Origin: Eledone cirrhosa | Lineage: Eukaryota | DNA: 64,000 nucleotides | Assembly: GCA_964016885.1 (NCBI GenBank) | Contig: CAXHJY010000790.1 | Coordinates: 1-64,000 of the forward strand | Direction of reading: 5' to 3' | Part shown: positions 15,236 through 27,768 of the stretch, one piece after another | Position numbering within the stretch: position 1 is the stretch's first letter | Layout: every line of letters begins with the position of its first letter | Notes under the pieces: model-generated | What the model was told of the DNA's origin: nothing | The model's input: only the letters and a program-made list of their open reading frames with translations | Databases searched by the model: none | Program-made: the position numbers and the translations under genes

Positions 15236-16662
15236 TTAGTTATACTATTTATGGTTATGTAAACACAAAACCTTAAGCAGTTGTAAGTATTTTACACACA
15301 CCCTAAATAGTGGTAGGCAGTAATGTATTACTACCTTATTACCAGTAAGTTAAGTAGCTCAATGTAAAAACATCAGATGATTTACAGAGCAGTTATATGA
15401 AATATAAGAATCAAAGAACTGTTCAAAACATTATTGTGCTTACAGCTGTTTCCTCCAAACCGAGGTTTGGATTCTTCGGAGCAATTTATTAATGCATGGA
15501 CAGTTATATGACCTCCCTTTCAGCCGAGAGACATACCAATACAAACATTGATACATATTCAAACATTGTGGGTCAACATTCATTACAGAATTTAGAGTGG
15601 CAGTGCACACTTCGAGAATTACATTTATATTAATAGGTACAATCAAAAATCAAAGATATAGGTTAAAGTACAACATGAAGATAAGTGGTTATATAGTGCA
15701 AATGTTATATGTGTGGCACGCATGTGCGTCTTGTTTATATAGTGTGGCAGAGAGATATGTGTGGTAGAGGCACTTAGGTAGGTAAATAAGAGTGTTAGGT
15801 TGGTAGATCTGGTGGCAAAGTCTTTATATGATTGATATAGTCTGTGTGTGGAGAAATATTATAAGCATTAAAGATAGTGCAAGCATTAAAAGTGTTATAA
15901 GTATTGGAGATGCACAGCGCAGGGATGTCAAGTAATTCATGTACTTCGGTATTTTCATGGTCAAGGGAGTGTATATTTCGATTATATGCCTTTCACATAA
16001 TCCACGACAATCCAGTTAGAGATCGTAGTCTGGTGTTCTTTAGTTCGATACAGGAGGTTGTTACGTTTCGAGAGACGCCATTGAATACCGGAAGTGTGTG
16101 TGTGGCTAAGGGGAGTTAATGCATGCGGGGAGGTAACTCTGGGGTTTCTATATCTAGCCATTAAAATGTGTCCCAATATAGACCCTAAATTCTATGGTGA
16201 GGTGCACCTTCCAAGAGAGACTTTTAAAGCATAAAGTGTACTAACTATAGAGTAGTTTAACTAAATTATGCTGAAGGTGATCATATTATTATTAAGGTGG
16301 ATTAACCCATCTTAAGGTGCTACAAATGGAAATTATAGATGATGAGCGAGGATTCTAAATTAATGATCTCTGTGGTTGTAGTCTGCTCATATGACCAGGC
16401 GCGGTGATTGCAGGATTGCTTCAGGACCCAATGATCTCTGGTAAGATCTGGGTCATCGCTTGCTACATTGGATGCCGAAAGACAATCATCCCCAGGCAGG
16501 CCAAAGGTCAATCCGCAGTCCTCGCGACCCCTCTCTGACCGTCAGATCATCCATATACGTACAACCCGCACGGCAGTTGCATTGCATTCACTCACTGCGC
16601 TCAGCAGCCTGGTCCTACTGGTCAACAGCGCTACTCGATTAAATCATTTTACATCTGTCTAA
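15230..16662 (-). repeat. Downstream pseudo-LTR
   Basis: Appears identical to 19423-20855; the ORF track lists the same small peptides at offset +4193. Confidence 0.95.
15437..15483 (-). ncRNA. Minimal type I hammerhead ribozyme in downstream pLTR (U4C core variant)
   Basis: Sense: tgct CCGAAGA a tccaaac ctcg gtttgga g GAAA cagctg TA agca. Stem I 4 bp, stem II 7 bp, palindromic stem III, GUA triplet. Confidence 0.8.
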
Positions 16663-16920
16663 GGAAGGTGTTTCCTCTGCCCAACACCATCCAACCGATC
16701 AATTCATGCTCAAATTACCCTTAGAGCGGTGTAGTGCCGTCCAGGTGGGTGGATGTTGTCACACCTGCCGTAGAGGTATAAATGGGTAATTTCCTGCGAA
16801 GGGTTCCAGAGGGATGTCGTTGTTTGTGTTATAATGGATCAGCTAGTGTTGGGTATGTAGTATAGGGTGTGTCTCTGGTGTTTGATGCTAGATGTGGTGT
16901 TAGGTTCCAGTCCGACATTG

Positions 16921-19380
16921 CTATATATAGGGCTTAAAGTTTTGGAAGGAATGTCTGAGGCGGTGCTGGCAAGTTGCAAACACCTCAGATTTTTTGTTAA
17001 GTAGGTTACGGTTGGAGAAGATAATATTGTGTGTCTCTAGTATACAGAGGTTACAGAATTTATTAGGTGGTTTGTACGAGGTCGCGCTGCCTATCACTTC
17101 CCATTTGAGTGTGTATGGTTTATTTTTAGATTTTAGAAAGTGTATGTAGCTAGAAAGTGAGGTGGAGTTGGCTAGGCTGTGCTTTTTGAACGAGTGGATG
17201 TGCGAGTTATATCTAATTTTGAAGCAGTTAGAAGTGGAGCCTACATAGGTTTCTGAAGAGTTATTAGTCGTGACTGTGCATGAGTATATGACATCCTTGG
17301 TTAGGCATTTTTTATCTAAAGGGCAGGTTCTATTAGCTCTACAGTTACAATTATTCTGTGCGTTAGTCCGCTGGTTATAATGCAATGCGGAAGTCTGTGT
17401 GGTGGATATAGGATTTTGGGTGTTCAGGTTGACAACCCTGGTGTTATTACTTATACTAGTGTTATTTCTATTGTTACTGCCGTTGCTATTGTTGCTTGCT
17501 ACAGTGGTATTTAGAGGGTTTGCATCCCGTTGCGATTTTGTTTGTTGGAAGTAAGAACTAATTTTACTATTATTGCTGCTAGCTATGTGGTATGCTAAGT
17601 TAGGCGTCGTGGAGTATGAGATTTTAATGGTGTTTTTGTTTAAGAGGTTGTGGTACTTGTGTCCTAGAGGGAAGTTTTTATCTAGTAGTGAGAAGAAAGC
17701 CCTAGGTATGTTGGTGGAGACATTTAGGTTGAAAGGAGGGTTGAAAAATGTATTATTTCTTCTTCTATTTTTGCTTTTAGTGTTTGGTGTGTTGCTTCCT
17801 CCTAAGGCCTCACAGTAGTTTCCATGGTAATGGTTACTTCCGGTGGCACCCTCCGCTTTGGTGTACTTGTGGTTGCTATTCCTATTATTAGATTTCCTCA
17901 TGGACATGTTGTGCGAGATGATGTTGTAGCTATGTGTTTTCTTAGGTAGGAACTCAATTTCTATATTATGGCCGGAGCTAGCTAATGCTTGATTGTAATA
18001 TTGTGAGTTTTTGCTAAATATGTTTGCGTCATAGGACAGACTAGAGATTCTATTGGACACCCCCTTAGAGATAGAGTTTAATATTGATCTAGGGTGATTA
18101 GACTTGGTATCTACGTAAATAAGTTTCTCATTAGGCTTATGGAAGGGTGTATATATTTTTGAGTCTAGGTATAGTGTGGCGTCTAGGAAGTTAACATTTT
18201 TAGTGTTTTTGTCCATGGTGATACTAAGGTTAAAGTTTTTGAATGTCTTATGCAGTTGTTTTCTAGTTCTTTCTATATTAAATTTTTTATATTCTATGAG
18301 TAGAAGTGCATCATCGCGGTACAAACCACCGTTGAGGTAAGGGAGGTCTTTATGGATTTCATTGAGGAGGTATAGGCCGACCAAATCAGTGACCTGCGCC
18401 GAGTCACTAGATCCCATGGTTATGTCGAAGTTGTTGTGCGTATCCTTGCGTGTCCATAGTTGGTCCTCGAAGGTGATTATGGTTTTACGGGCCGCAAGGA
18501 TGACATCAACCTGGGCTCTAGTCAGGTCGCTATTGGTCATGGCCATGATAAGTGCCTTATTTAATAGGATAGGGGAAATAGAGGTGTAGTATGAATTGAT
18601 ATCAAATTGAATAAATTTTTTGTTCTTATTATTCTTGATATCCTTAAACCATTCAATTACTTCACCCGTATTTCCCCATTGTTTAAGGTGTATCTTGTGT
18701 TTAATTTGTGGGATGATTTTATCCAAAATCTTCTTGCTGATAATACCAATGTCGGACTTGGAAGGGCAGATAAGTCTTATCGTGGGGTTGCTGATGAAGT
18801 TCTCCTTATGGTCCTTCAGAGAGAATCTAGGGGGGTTCGGAGTGAAAGGTTGTGTATGCCTCTGTAGTCCTAGTTTAGACACTATATTATAACCCTCTAC
18901 ATTAATATCTTCTAAGTTTTTCAAGGTGGTTTTTTTGTAGCTTTTATGTAGTTCATTATATATAAACTTTCTATAAGTAATATAATCTAGGCTGTATATG
19001 TTATTAGTTTTATCTGCGTGTACAATAATTTTATTACTAGTTTTGAATCCACTAATAGAAGTGTTAAGTTTGTTTAAGAAGGTGTTGCTTCTAATATGGT
19101 GCTTATTGTATTTAATGTTCTTAACTAGTTTAACTAGGTCATTTTCAAAGGAGTTAAGTAGAGTGTTATGAGGGGGGCTTTTAAAGGTTTTAAAGCCGAA
19201 GGAGTCAAAATTGTTAGTATTATTCAAGTTGTTAGATTTGTTTCTATCATAATGGAATGTCCTCCATCTCACTCTATTGATAAATGAATTTACACTGTTG
19301 ATCAGCAATTTCTCATATGTATTCCTGGATGGTATTGGTATGTTCTTGGTTGACATGGGGAGTTGGTCTTTGATTAGCAT
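16921..19380 (-). CDS. Penelope-like reverse transcriptase with C-terminal GIY-YIG endonuclease (819 aa)
   Basis: Uninterrupted ORF. RT motifs: ADKTNN, RLICP, QFDINSYY, FDITMGSSDS, GLYRDD, VNFLDATL. A Cys cluster CNCR-x4-CPL-x3-CL precedes the GIY-YIG motifs VIY...YVGST...FKIRY, and the C-terminus has CNLC...NKKSE...CQH. This layout matches Naiad-clade PLEs as I recall them. Confidence 0.95.
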   Translation of the reverse strand: MLIKDQLPMSTKNIPIPSRNTYEKLLINSVNSFINRVRWRTFHYDRNKSNNLNNTNNFDSFGFKTFKSPPHNTLLNSFENDLVKLVKNIKYNKHHIRSNTFLNKLNTSISGFKTSNKIIVHADKTNNIYSLDYITYRKFIYNELHKSYKKTTLKNLEDINVEGYNIVSKLGLQRHTQPFTPNPPRFSLKDHKENFISNPTIRLICPSKSDIGIISKKILDKIIPQIKHKIHLKQWGNTGEVIEWFKDIKNNKNKKFIQFDINSYYTSISPILLNKALIMAMTNSDLTRAQVDVILAARKTIITFEDQLWTRKDTHNNFDITMGSSDSAQVTDLVGLYLLNEIHKDLPYLNGGLYRDDALLLIEYKKFNIERTRKQLHKTFKNFNLSITMDKNTKNVNFLDATLYLDSKIYTPFHKPNEKLIYVDTKSNHPRSILNSISKGVSNRISSLSYDANIFSKNSQYYNQALASSGHNIEIEFLPKKTHSYNIISHNMSMRKSNNRNSNHKYTKAEGATGSNHYHGNYCEALGGSNTPNTKSKNRRRNNTFFNPPFNLNVSTNIPRAFFSLLDKNFPLGHKYHNLLNKNTIKISYSTTPNLAYHIASSNNSKISSYFQQTKSQRDANPLNTTVASNNSNGSNNRNNTSISNNTRVVNLNTQNPISTTQTSALHYNQRTNAQNNCNCRANRTCPLDKKCLTKDVIYSCTVTTNNSSETYVGSTSNCFKIRYNSHIHSFKKHSLANSTSLSSYIHFLKSKNKPYTLKWEVIGSATSYKPPNKFCNLCILETHNIIFSNRNLLNKKSEVFATCQHRLRHSFQNFKPYI

Positions 19381-19422
19381 ATTGGCAATATTATATGTCA
19401 GCTCAACGATATGGAGCAGTTA

Positions 19423-20855
19423 ATAGTATTAGTTATACTATTTATGGTTATGTAAACACAAAACCTTAAGCAGTTGTAAGTATTTTACACACACCCTAAA
19501 TAGTGGTAGGCAGTAATGTATTACTACCTTATTACCAGTAAGTTAAGTAGCTCAATGTAAAAACATCAGATGATTTACAGAGCAGTTATATGAAATATAA
19601 GAATCAAAGAACTGTTCAAAACATTATTGTGCTTACAGCTGTTTCCTCCAAACCGAGGTTTGGATTCTTCGGAGCAATTTATTAATGCATGGACAGTTAT
19701 ATGACCTCCCTTTCAGCCGAGAGACATACCAATACAAACATTGATACATATTCAAACATTGTGGGTCAACATTCATTACAGAATTTAGAGTGGCAGTGCA
19801 CACTTCGAGAATTACATTTATATTAATAGGTACAATCAAAAATCAAAGATATAGGTTAAAGTACAACATGAAGATAAGTGGTTATATAGTGCAAATGTTA
19901 TATGTGTGGCACGCATGTGCGTCTTGTTTATATAGTGTGGCAGAGAGATATGTGTGGTAGAGGCACTTAGGTAGGTAAATAAGAGTGTTAGGTTGGTAGA
20001 TCTGGTGGCAAAGTCTTTATATGATTGATATAGTCTGTGTGTGGAGAAATATTATAAGCATTAAAGATAGTGCAAGCATTAAAAGTGTTATAAGTATTGG
20101 AGATGCACAGCGCAGGGATGTCAAGTAATTCATGTACTTCGGTATTTTCATGGTCAAGGGAGTGTATATTTCGATTATATGCCTTTCACATAATCCACGA
20201 CAATCCAGTTAGAGATCGTAGTCTGGTGTTCTTTAGTTCGATACAGGAGGTTGTTACGTTTCGAGAGACGCCATTGAATACCGGAAGTGTGTGTGTGGCT
20301 AAGGGGAGTTAATGCATGCGGGGAGGTAACTCTGGGGTTTCTATATCTAGCCATTAAAATGTGTCCCAATATAGACCCTAAATTCTATGGTGAGGTGCAC
20401 CTTCCAAGAGAGACTTTTAAAGCATAAAGTGTACTAACTATAGAGTAGTTTAACTAAATTATGCTGAAGGTGATCATATTATTATTAAGGTGGATTAACC
20501 CATCTTAAGGTGCTACAAATGGAAATTATAGATGATGAGCGAGGATTCTAAATTAATGATCTCTGTGGTTGTAGTCTGCTCATATGACCAGGCGCGGTGA
20601 TTGCAGGATTGCTTCAGGACCCAATGATCTCTGGTAAGATCTGGGTCATCGCTTGCTACATTGGATGCCGAAAGACAATCATCCCCAGGCAGGCCAAAGG
20701 TCAATCCGCAGTCCTCGCGACCCCTCTCTGACCGTCAGATCATCCATATACGTACAACCCGCACGGCAGTTGCATTGCATTCACTCACTGCGCTCAGCAG
20801 CCTGGTCCTACTGGTCAACAGCGCTACTCGATTAAATCATTTTACATCTGTCTAA
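19423..20855 (-). repeat. Upstream pseudo-LTR
   Basis: Direct copy of 15230-16662, ending 42 nt before the ATG at 19380. Confidence 0.95.
19630..19676 (-). ncRNA. Minimal type I hammerhead ribozyme in upstream pLTR
   Basis: Identical to 15437-15483. Confidence 0.8.
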
Positions 20856-22679
20856 ATTAGATATAACTCGCACATCCACTCGTTCAAAAAGCACAGCCTA
20901 GCCAACTCCACCTCACTTTCTAGCTACATACACTTTCTAAAATCTAAAAATAAACCATACACACTCAAATGGGAAGTGATAGGCAGCGCGACCTCGTACA
21001 AACCACCTAATAAATTCTGTAACCTCTGTATACTAGAGACACACAATATTATCTTCTCCAACCGTAACCTACTTAACAAAAAATCTGAGGTGTTTGCAAC
21101 TTGCCAGCACCGCCTCAGACATTCCTTCCAAAACTTTAAGCCCTATATATAGCAATGTCGGACTGGAACCTAACACCACATCTAGCATCAAACACCAGAG
21201 ACACACCCTATACTACATACCCAACACTAGCTGATCCATTATAACACAAACAACGACATCCCTCTGGAACCCTTCGCAGGAAATTACCCATTTATACCTC
21301 TACGGCAGGTGTGACAACATCCACCCACCTGGACGGCACTACACCGCTCTAAGGGTAATTTGAGCATGAATTGATCGGTTGGATGGTGTTGGGCAGAGGA
21401 AACACCTTCCTTAGACAGATGTAAAATGATTTAATCGAGTAGCGCTGTTGACCAGTAGGACCAGGCTGCTGAGCGCAGTGAGTGAATGCAATGCAACTGC
21501 CGTGCGGGTTGTACGTATATGGATGATCTGACGGTCAGAGAGGGGTCGCGAGGACTGCGGATTGACCTTTGGCCTGCCTGGGGATGATTGTCTTTCGGCA
21601 TCCAATGTAGCAAGCGATGACCCAGATCTTACCAGAGATCATTGGGTCCTGAAGCAATCCTGCAATCACCGCGCCTGGTCATATGAGCAGACTACAACCA
21701 CAGAGATCATTAATTTAGAATCCTCGCTCATCATCTATAATTTCCATTTGTAGCACCTTAAGATGGGTTAATCCACCTTAATAATAATATGATCACCTTC
21801 AGCATAATTTAGTTAAACTACTCTATAGTTAGTACACTTTATGCTTTAAAAGTCTCTCTTGGAAGGTGCACCTCACCATAGAATTTAGGGTCTATATTGG
21901 GACACATTTTAATGGCTAGATATAGAAACCCCAGAGTTACCTCCCCGCATGCATTAACTCCCCTTAGCCACACACACACTTCCGGTATTCAATGGCGTCT
22001 CTCGAAACGTAACAACCTCCTGTATCGAACTAAAGAACACCAGACTACGATCTCTAACTGGATTGTCGTGGATTATGTGAAAGGCATATAATCGAAATAT
22101 ACACTCCCTTGACCATGAAAATACCGAAGTACATGAATTACTTGACATCCCTGCGCTGTGCATCTCCAATACTTATAACACTTTTAATGCTTGCACTATC
22201 TTTAATGCTTATAATATTTCTCCACACACAGACTATATCAATCATATAAAGACTTTGCCACCAGATCTACCAACCTAACACTCTTATTTACCTACCTAAG
22301 TGCCTCTACCACACATATCTCTCTGCCACACTATATAAACAAGACGCACATGCGTGCCACACATATAACATTTGCACTATATAACCACTTATCTTCATGT
22401 TGTACTTTAACCTATATCTTTGATTTTTGATTGTACCTATTAATATAAATGTAATTCTCGAAGTGTGCACTGCCACTCTAAATTCTGTAATGAATGTTGA
22501 CCCACAATGTTTGAATATGTATCAATGTTTGTATTGGTATGTCTCTCGGCTGAAAGGGAGGTCATATAACTGTCCATGCATTAATAAATTGCTCCGAAGA
22601 ATCCAAACCTCGGTTTGGAGGAAACAGCTGTAAGCACAATAATGTTTTGAACAGTTCTTTGATTCTTATATTTCATATA
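20854..22679 (+). repeat. Inverted copy of the element 3' end (end of GIY-YIG coding region plus pLTR)
   Basis: Reverse complement of 15394-17219. The coordinate sum is 38073 at both ends, so there is no net indel. Confidence 0.95.
22590..22636 (+). ncRNA. Minimal type I hammerhead ribozyme in inverted pLTR
   Basis: tgctccgaagaatccaaacctcggtttggaggaaacagctgtaagca, read directly on the + strand. Confidence 0.8.
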
Positions 22680-22712
22680 TTTCATATATATATATATATA
22701 TATATACAAGTA

Positions 22713-22744
<32 letters not shown>

Positions 22745-22764
22745 CAAGTATATTTATATATATC

Positions 22765-22816
<52 letters not shown>

Positions 22817-22820
22817 AGTA

Positions 22821-22860
<40 letters not shown>

Positions 22861-22864
22861 AGTA

Positions 22865-22904
<40 letters not shown>

Positions 22905-22929
22905 AGTATATTTATATATATCTATATAC

Positions 22930-22981
<52 letters not shown>

Positions 22982-23006
22982 AGTATATTTATATATATCT
23001 ATATAC

Positions 23007-23051
<45 letters not shown>

Positions 23052-23208
23052 AACAGAGAACCTCTGGGACCCAACATATTCCAAGATATTGCCTCGTTGT
23101 TATTAATCAATAACGTTCGATAAAATATCTCATCACATCTATTTACGTTAATATAATAATTAATATATATACACACACCCATATATACATGTATATACAC
23201 ACATATAT

Positions 23209-23264
<56 letters not shown>

Positions 23265-23559
23265 GCATAAATATATATATGGAAATATATATATGTATAT
23301 CTATATACATCCACCCATACATATAGATAGATAGATAGATAAATAGTTAGATAGAGTAAGTCCTTTGTGGTGGGATAGCAAATTAATCCTGTTAGTATCA
23401 AGTTGTCCCTAATTAGATAAAAACTGACATATATATATTGATATCCAATATCTAATGTCTTATATGATATACTATATAGATATACTTTCACTTTGAAAGT
23501 TGTGGCTAAACTGTTCAACATTTAGCAAGTAGATATACACACAGGCATATAGATATATG

Positions 23560-23633
<74 letters not shown>

Positions 23634-23752
23634 ATACATGTATATATACATATATGTGTGTATATATGTGTATGTTTGTATGTATATATGTGTGTTTGTG
23701 TGTGTATACATGTATATGTACATATATGTGTGTATATATGTGTATGTTTGTG

Positions 23753-23791
<39 letters not shown>

Positions 23792-24188
23792 ATACATGTA
23801 TATATACATATATGTGTGTATATATGTGTATGTTTGTATGTATATATGTGTATGTTTGTGTATATATATATGTGTGTGTGTGTATACATGTATATATACA
23901 TATATGTGTATATATGTGTGTTTGTATGTATATATGTGTTTGTGTTTGTGTGTATGTTTGTATGTATATATGTGTGTTTGTGTGTGTATACATGTATATA
24001 TACATATATGTGTGTATATATGTGTATGTTTGTATGTATATATGTGTATGTTTGTGTATATATATATATATGTGCGTGTGTGAGTGTGTATATACATATG
24101 TTTGTGTATGTGTGTACATATGTGTTTGTGTATATATGTGAATATATATATGCCTGTATAAGTATGTGTAAATATATGTGTATTTGTG

Positions 24189-24233
<45 letters not shown>

Positions 24234-24234
24234 A

Positions 24235-24266
<32 letters not shown>

Positions 24267-24277
24267 CAGACATAGAT

Positions 24278-24335
<58 letters not shown>

Positions 24336-24533
24336 CAAAGGAAATGTGGTAAGGAACCAGGTGGACCATAACGCACCAAAGTACTCAATACTTAGGGTAG
24401 TAGAGTGGGTAATAGGAACTAGTAGGACCCCGACGGCTGAGCTCAAGCCGTTTCGACGGCTAATTCTGGACTTTTAGTCCAGAATTAGCCGTCGAAACGG
24501 CTTTAGCTCAGCCGTCGGGGTCCTACTCGTTCC

Positions 24534-24592
<59 letters not shown>

Positions 24593-24945
24593 TGTATACG
24601 TAGCAGAACTCGGATTTATACGAAGCGCTAATGTGATAAAGTTAATTTTGTTTTGTAGAACTAGAATCTACAAAACCAAATTGTAACAATACCAAATTGT
24701 ATCTTTATAAAATTAAATTCTTTAGAACTACAATTGAAGTCATTCTTTTCCTCTGTATTCGCAAACATATTCTTTCGGCCATTACCCAAAATTCATGACA
24801 ATAAGGGTTGACACGAAAACCAGATTGAAGATTTGCTTTCACACCAACCTCCCTTCTTCTGATTAGTGAATGCAGAAGTTGGTTCATTGCTGCACCAGTT
24901 CCTGCAATTCTGGCGTTTACCTTACAACAGCTCTCCATACAAAGC

Positions 24946-25146
24946 TTATTTGGGGAGTCTGCTGTCCTCTAGATGCACAATGGGACCTGACCACGGAGAT
25001 GCTGTTTCACGATCATGGACTCGATGCTTAGCAGACAGGCCTGCTGGGGTATCTGGGGTATGAGACCTCCATGAGATTTTGAGGATGGAGCACAAGCATT
25101 GTTGGATGAAATGAGGTGCTGAATATGCCCACGGTATGTTGTCCAT
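24946..25146 (-). mobile_element. Decayed RTE-like LINE fragment
   Basis: QQCLCSILKISW...WSGPIVHLEDSRLPK resembles the post-RT region of RTE elements. Confidence 0.6.
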
Positions 25147-25399
25147 GTCTCATAAGTTGGTTCATTGCTGCACCAGTTCCTGCAATTCTTGCACTTCGGC
25201 CGCTAGTATTCGCGATCATATACTTTCGGTCAGTACCCAAGATATATGATAATAGCTAAGGGTTGATACATGTACCGAAATGACCCTAGCGGGGTTTGCT
25301 TGTACGCCTAGCTCCCTTCTTCTGGTTACCGGATGCTGTATATGGCGCATTGCTGCATTAGATACTGGGGATGTTACTTCCATTAATGATTGTACTTCC

Positions 25400-26130
25400 C
25401 CTCTCTCACTCTCTCTCACTCTCTCTCACTCTCTCTCACTCTCTCTCACTCTCTCTCTCTCACTCTCTCTCTCTCTCTCTCTCCCTCCCTGGTTTCTCCG
25501 ACCCTCTCTCTCTCTCCCTGGCTTCTCCGACCCTCTCTCCCTTCCACTCTCTCCCCTCCCTGTTTTCTCCGACCCTCTCTCTCTCTCCCCCTTCCTCTCT
25601 CTCCTCTCCCTATTTTCTCCGACCCTCGCTCTCTCTCTCTCTCTCTCTCTCCCTGTTTTCTCCGACCCTCTCTCTCTCTCTCTCTCCCCTCCCTGTTTTC
25701 TCCGACCCTCTCTCTCTCTCTCTCTCCCCTCCCTGTTTTCTCCGACCCTTTCTCTCCCTTCTTCTCCTACTTATTACGATCCTCTCTCTCTTTATCTCCT
25801 CCTCCTCTTCTCCGACCCCCTGTCTCTCCCTTCCTCGCCCTCATCCGCCACCTTTTCTGTCACCCCCTTTCTCTCTCTCTCCCTTCCTCTCCCTCCTTTC
25901 CCCCGACCCTATCTCTCCCTTTCCCCCTCTCTCCCCCTCTCTCCCCCTCTCTCCCCCTCTTCCCCTCAATATCCTTCTATTTTATAAGCGATATGTCACA
26001 TGTATATAACACCCCCTCCGTCTCTCTCTCTTCCTCTCCCTCATTTCCCCCGACCCTCTCTCTCCCTTCCCCTCTCTCTCTCTCTCTTCTCCTCAATATC
26101 CTTCTATTTCATAAGCGATATGTCACACAT
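25400..26130. repeat. CT-rich minisatellite with ttctccgaccc motif
   Basis: Direct reading. Confidence 0.85.
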
Positions 26131-27009
26131 GTATATAACGAGGTCGTGGCCATTTTTACACAAGTGAAAATTATTCGTTGATTGAACCGACCGCAACACA
26201 TGTCTTCAGTTTATTGTTCTGAAACACTTTAACCAATGGGGGGATGAACTTGGCAGGATTTGGGGCCCCTCGGGTTTTCAACTCTGAACATAAACGTTTG
26301 AAACAGAATGAAACACAGTAAATTCTTTCTGCCAAAAAAATAAATCCGACAAAAATGCATTTAATATGCTAATCTCGCATAATTTTCTAATTTTCGAAAC
26401 ATTTCCATTCTTATACATTAGGGTAACCCTATGTAGTAATGTCTGTGAGTGGAAAAGACAAGATTCGCTCCCATTTGTGTTGTTTTTATTCTGCAAAATA
26501 TAATCATAATAATAATAATAATAAGAAGAAGAAGAATTTCCATTAGCTCATTTCATTGGAGTTATTTCCCTTGGCTAGTTGCTTTATATTTTTCAATACC
26601 TCACGAGAAAGAGAACGATAGAGAGCGAGCGAGAGAGAGGGAGACCTTTGTGAAGGAAAGAAAGAATTTGTCTATCAATAGAATAGATATATCGTAACAC
26701 TAGCCATGTGGCGTTTGTCCCTTCTTCTTTTTGTCGCTTCAGTTTGTTTGTTTTTCTTTGCTTCTTTCGTTTCTTTTTTTCCGTCTTTCTTCTTTTTTTT
26801 CTTCTTCTTTTATTCCTTTTTTTTCTTTTTTCTTTTCCTTTTTTTGTCTCTTTTTTCTTCATCTGATATAATTAAACAGTTGAGCAAAGAAAGGCAAAGA
26901 AAACAGAGGAAAAGTATTGAATTGTAAAAAGCCTAAAGAATGATAAAAAAAAATAACGTATATGGCAAAAATGATATAAATGATATAATATGATATAACT
27001 ACAAGTATA

Positions 27010-27632
<623 letters not shown>

Positions 27633-27768
27633 TGTGTGACGGGTTCTGCGATTTCTCTCTATGAAGTTCCAATCACATATATATATATGTATATATATGT
27701 ATGTGTGTGTGACGGGTTCTGCGATTTCTCTCTATGAAGTTCCAATCACATATATATATATATATGAA

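Larger units (their letters stand above)
15230..22679 (-). mobile_element. Full-length Penelope-like retroelement (Naiad-like) with tandem pLTR and inverted extra copy, inserted in (TA)n
   Basis: An RT/GIY-YIG ORF is flanked by direct repeats 15230-16662 and 19423-20855 (constant offset 4193). Segment 20854-22679 is the reverse complement of 15394-17219. Both outer ends run into (TA)n. Confidence 0.95.

Noticed and set aside
15440-16662. Small 60-71 aa ORFs repeated three times
   Set aside because: They recur only because the pLTR is triplicated; there are no coding features.
15230-20855. LTR retrotransposon
   Set aside because: No gag, protease or integrase, no TG...CA ends or PBS; the RT and GIY-YIG domains are PLE-type.
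21617-21655. SECIS element in the PLE 3' UTR (ATGA...TGAA hairpin)
   Set aside because: No apical AA at the right spacing, the quartet is out of register, and the ORF has no in-frame TGA.
22000-22020. Second hammerhead in the pLTR (GAAA cg TA acaac)
   Set aside because: No CUGANGA or matching stem I partner found nearby.
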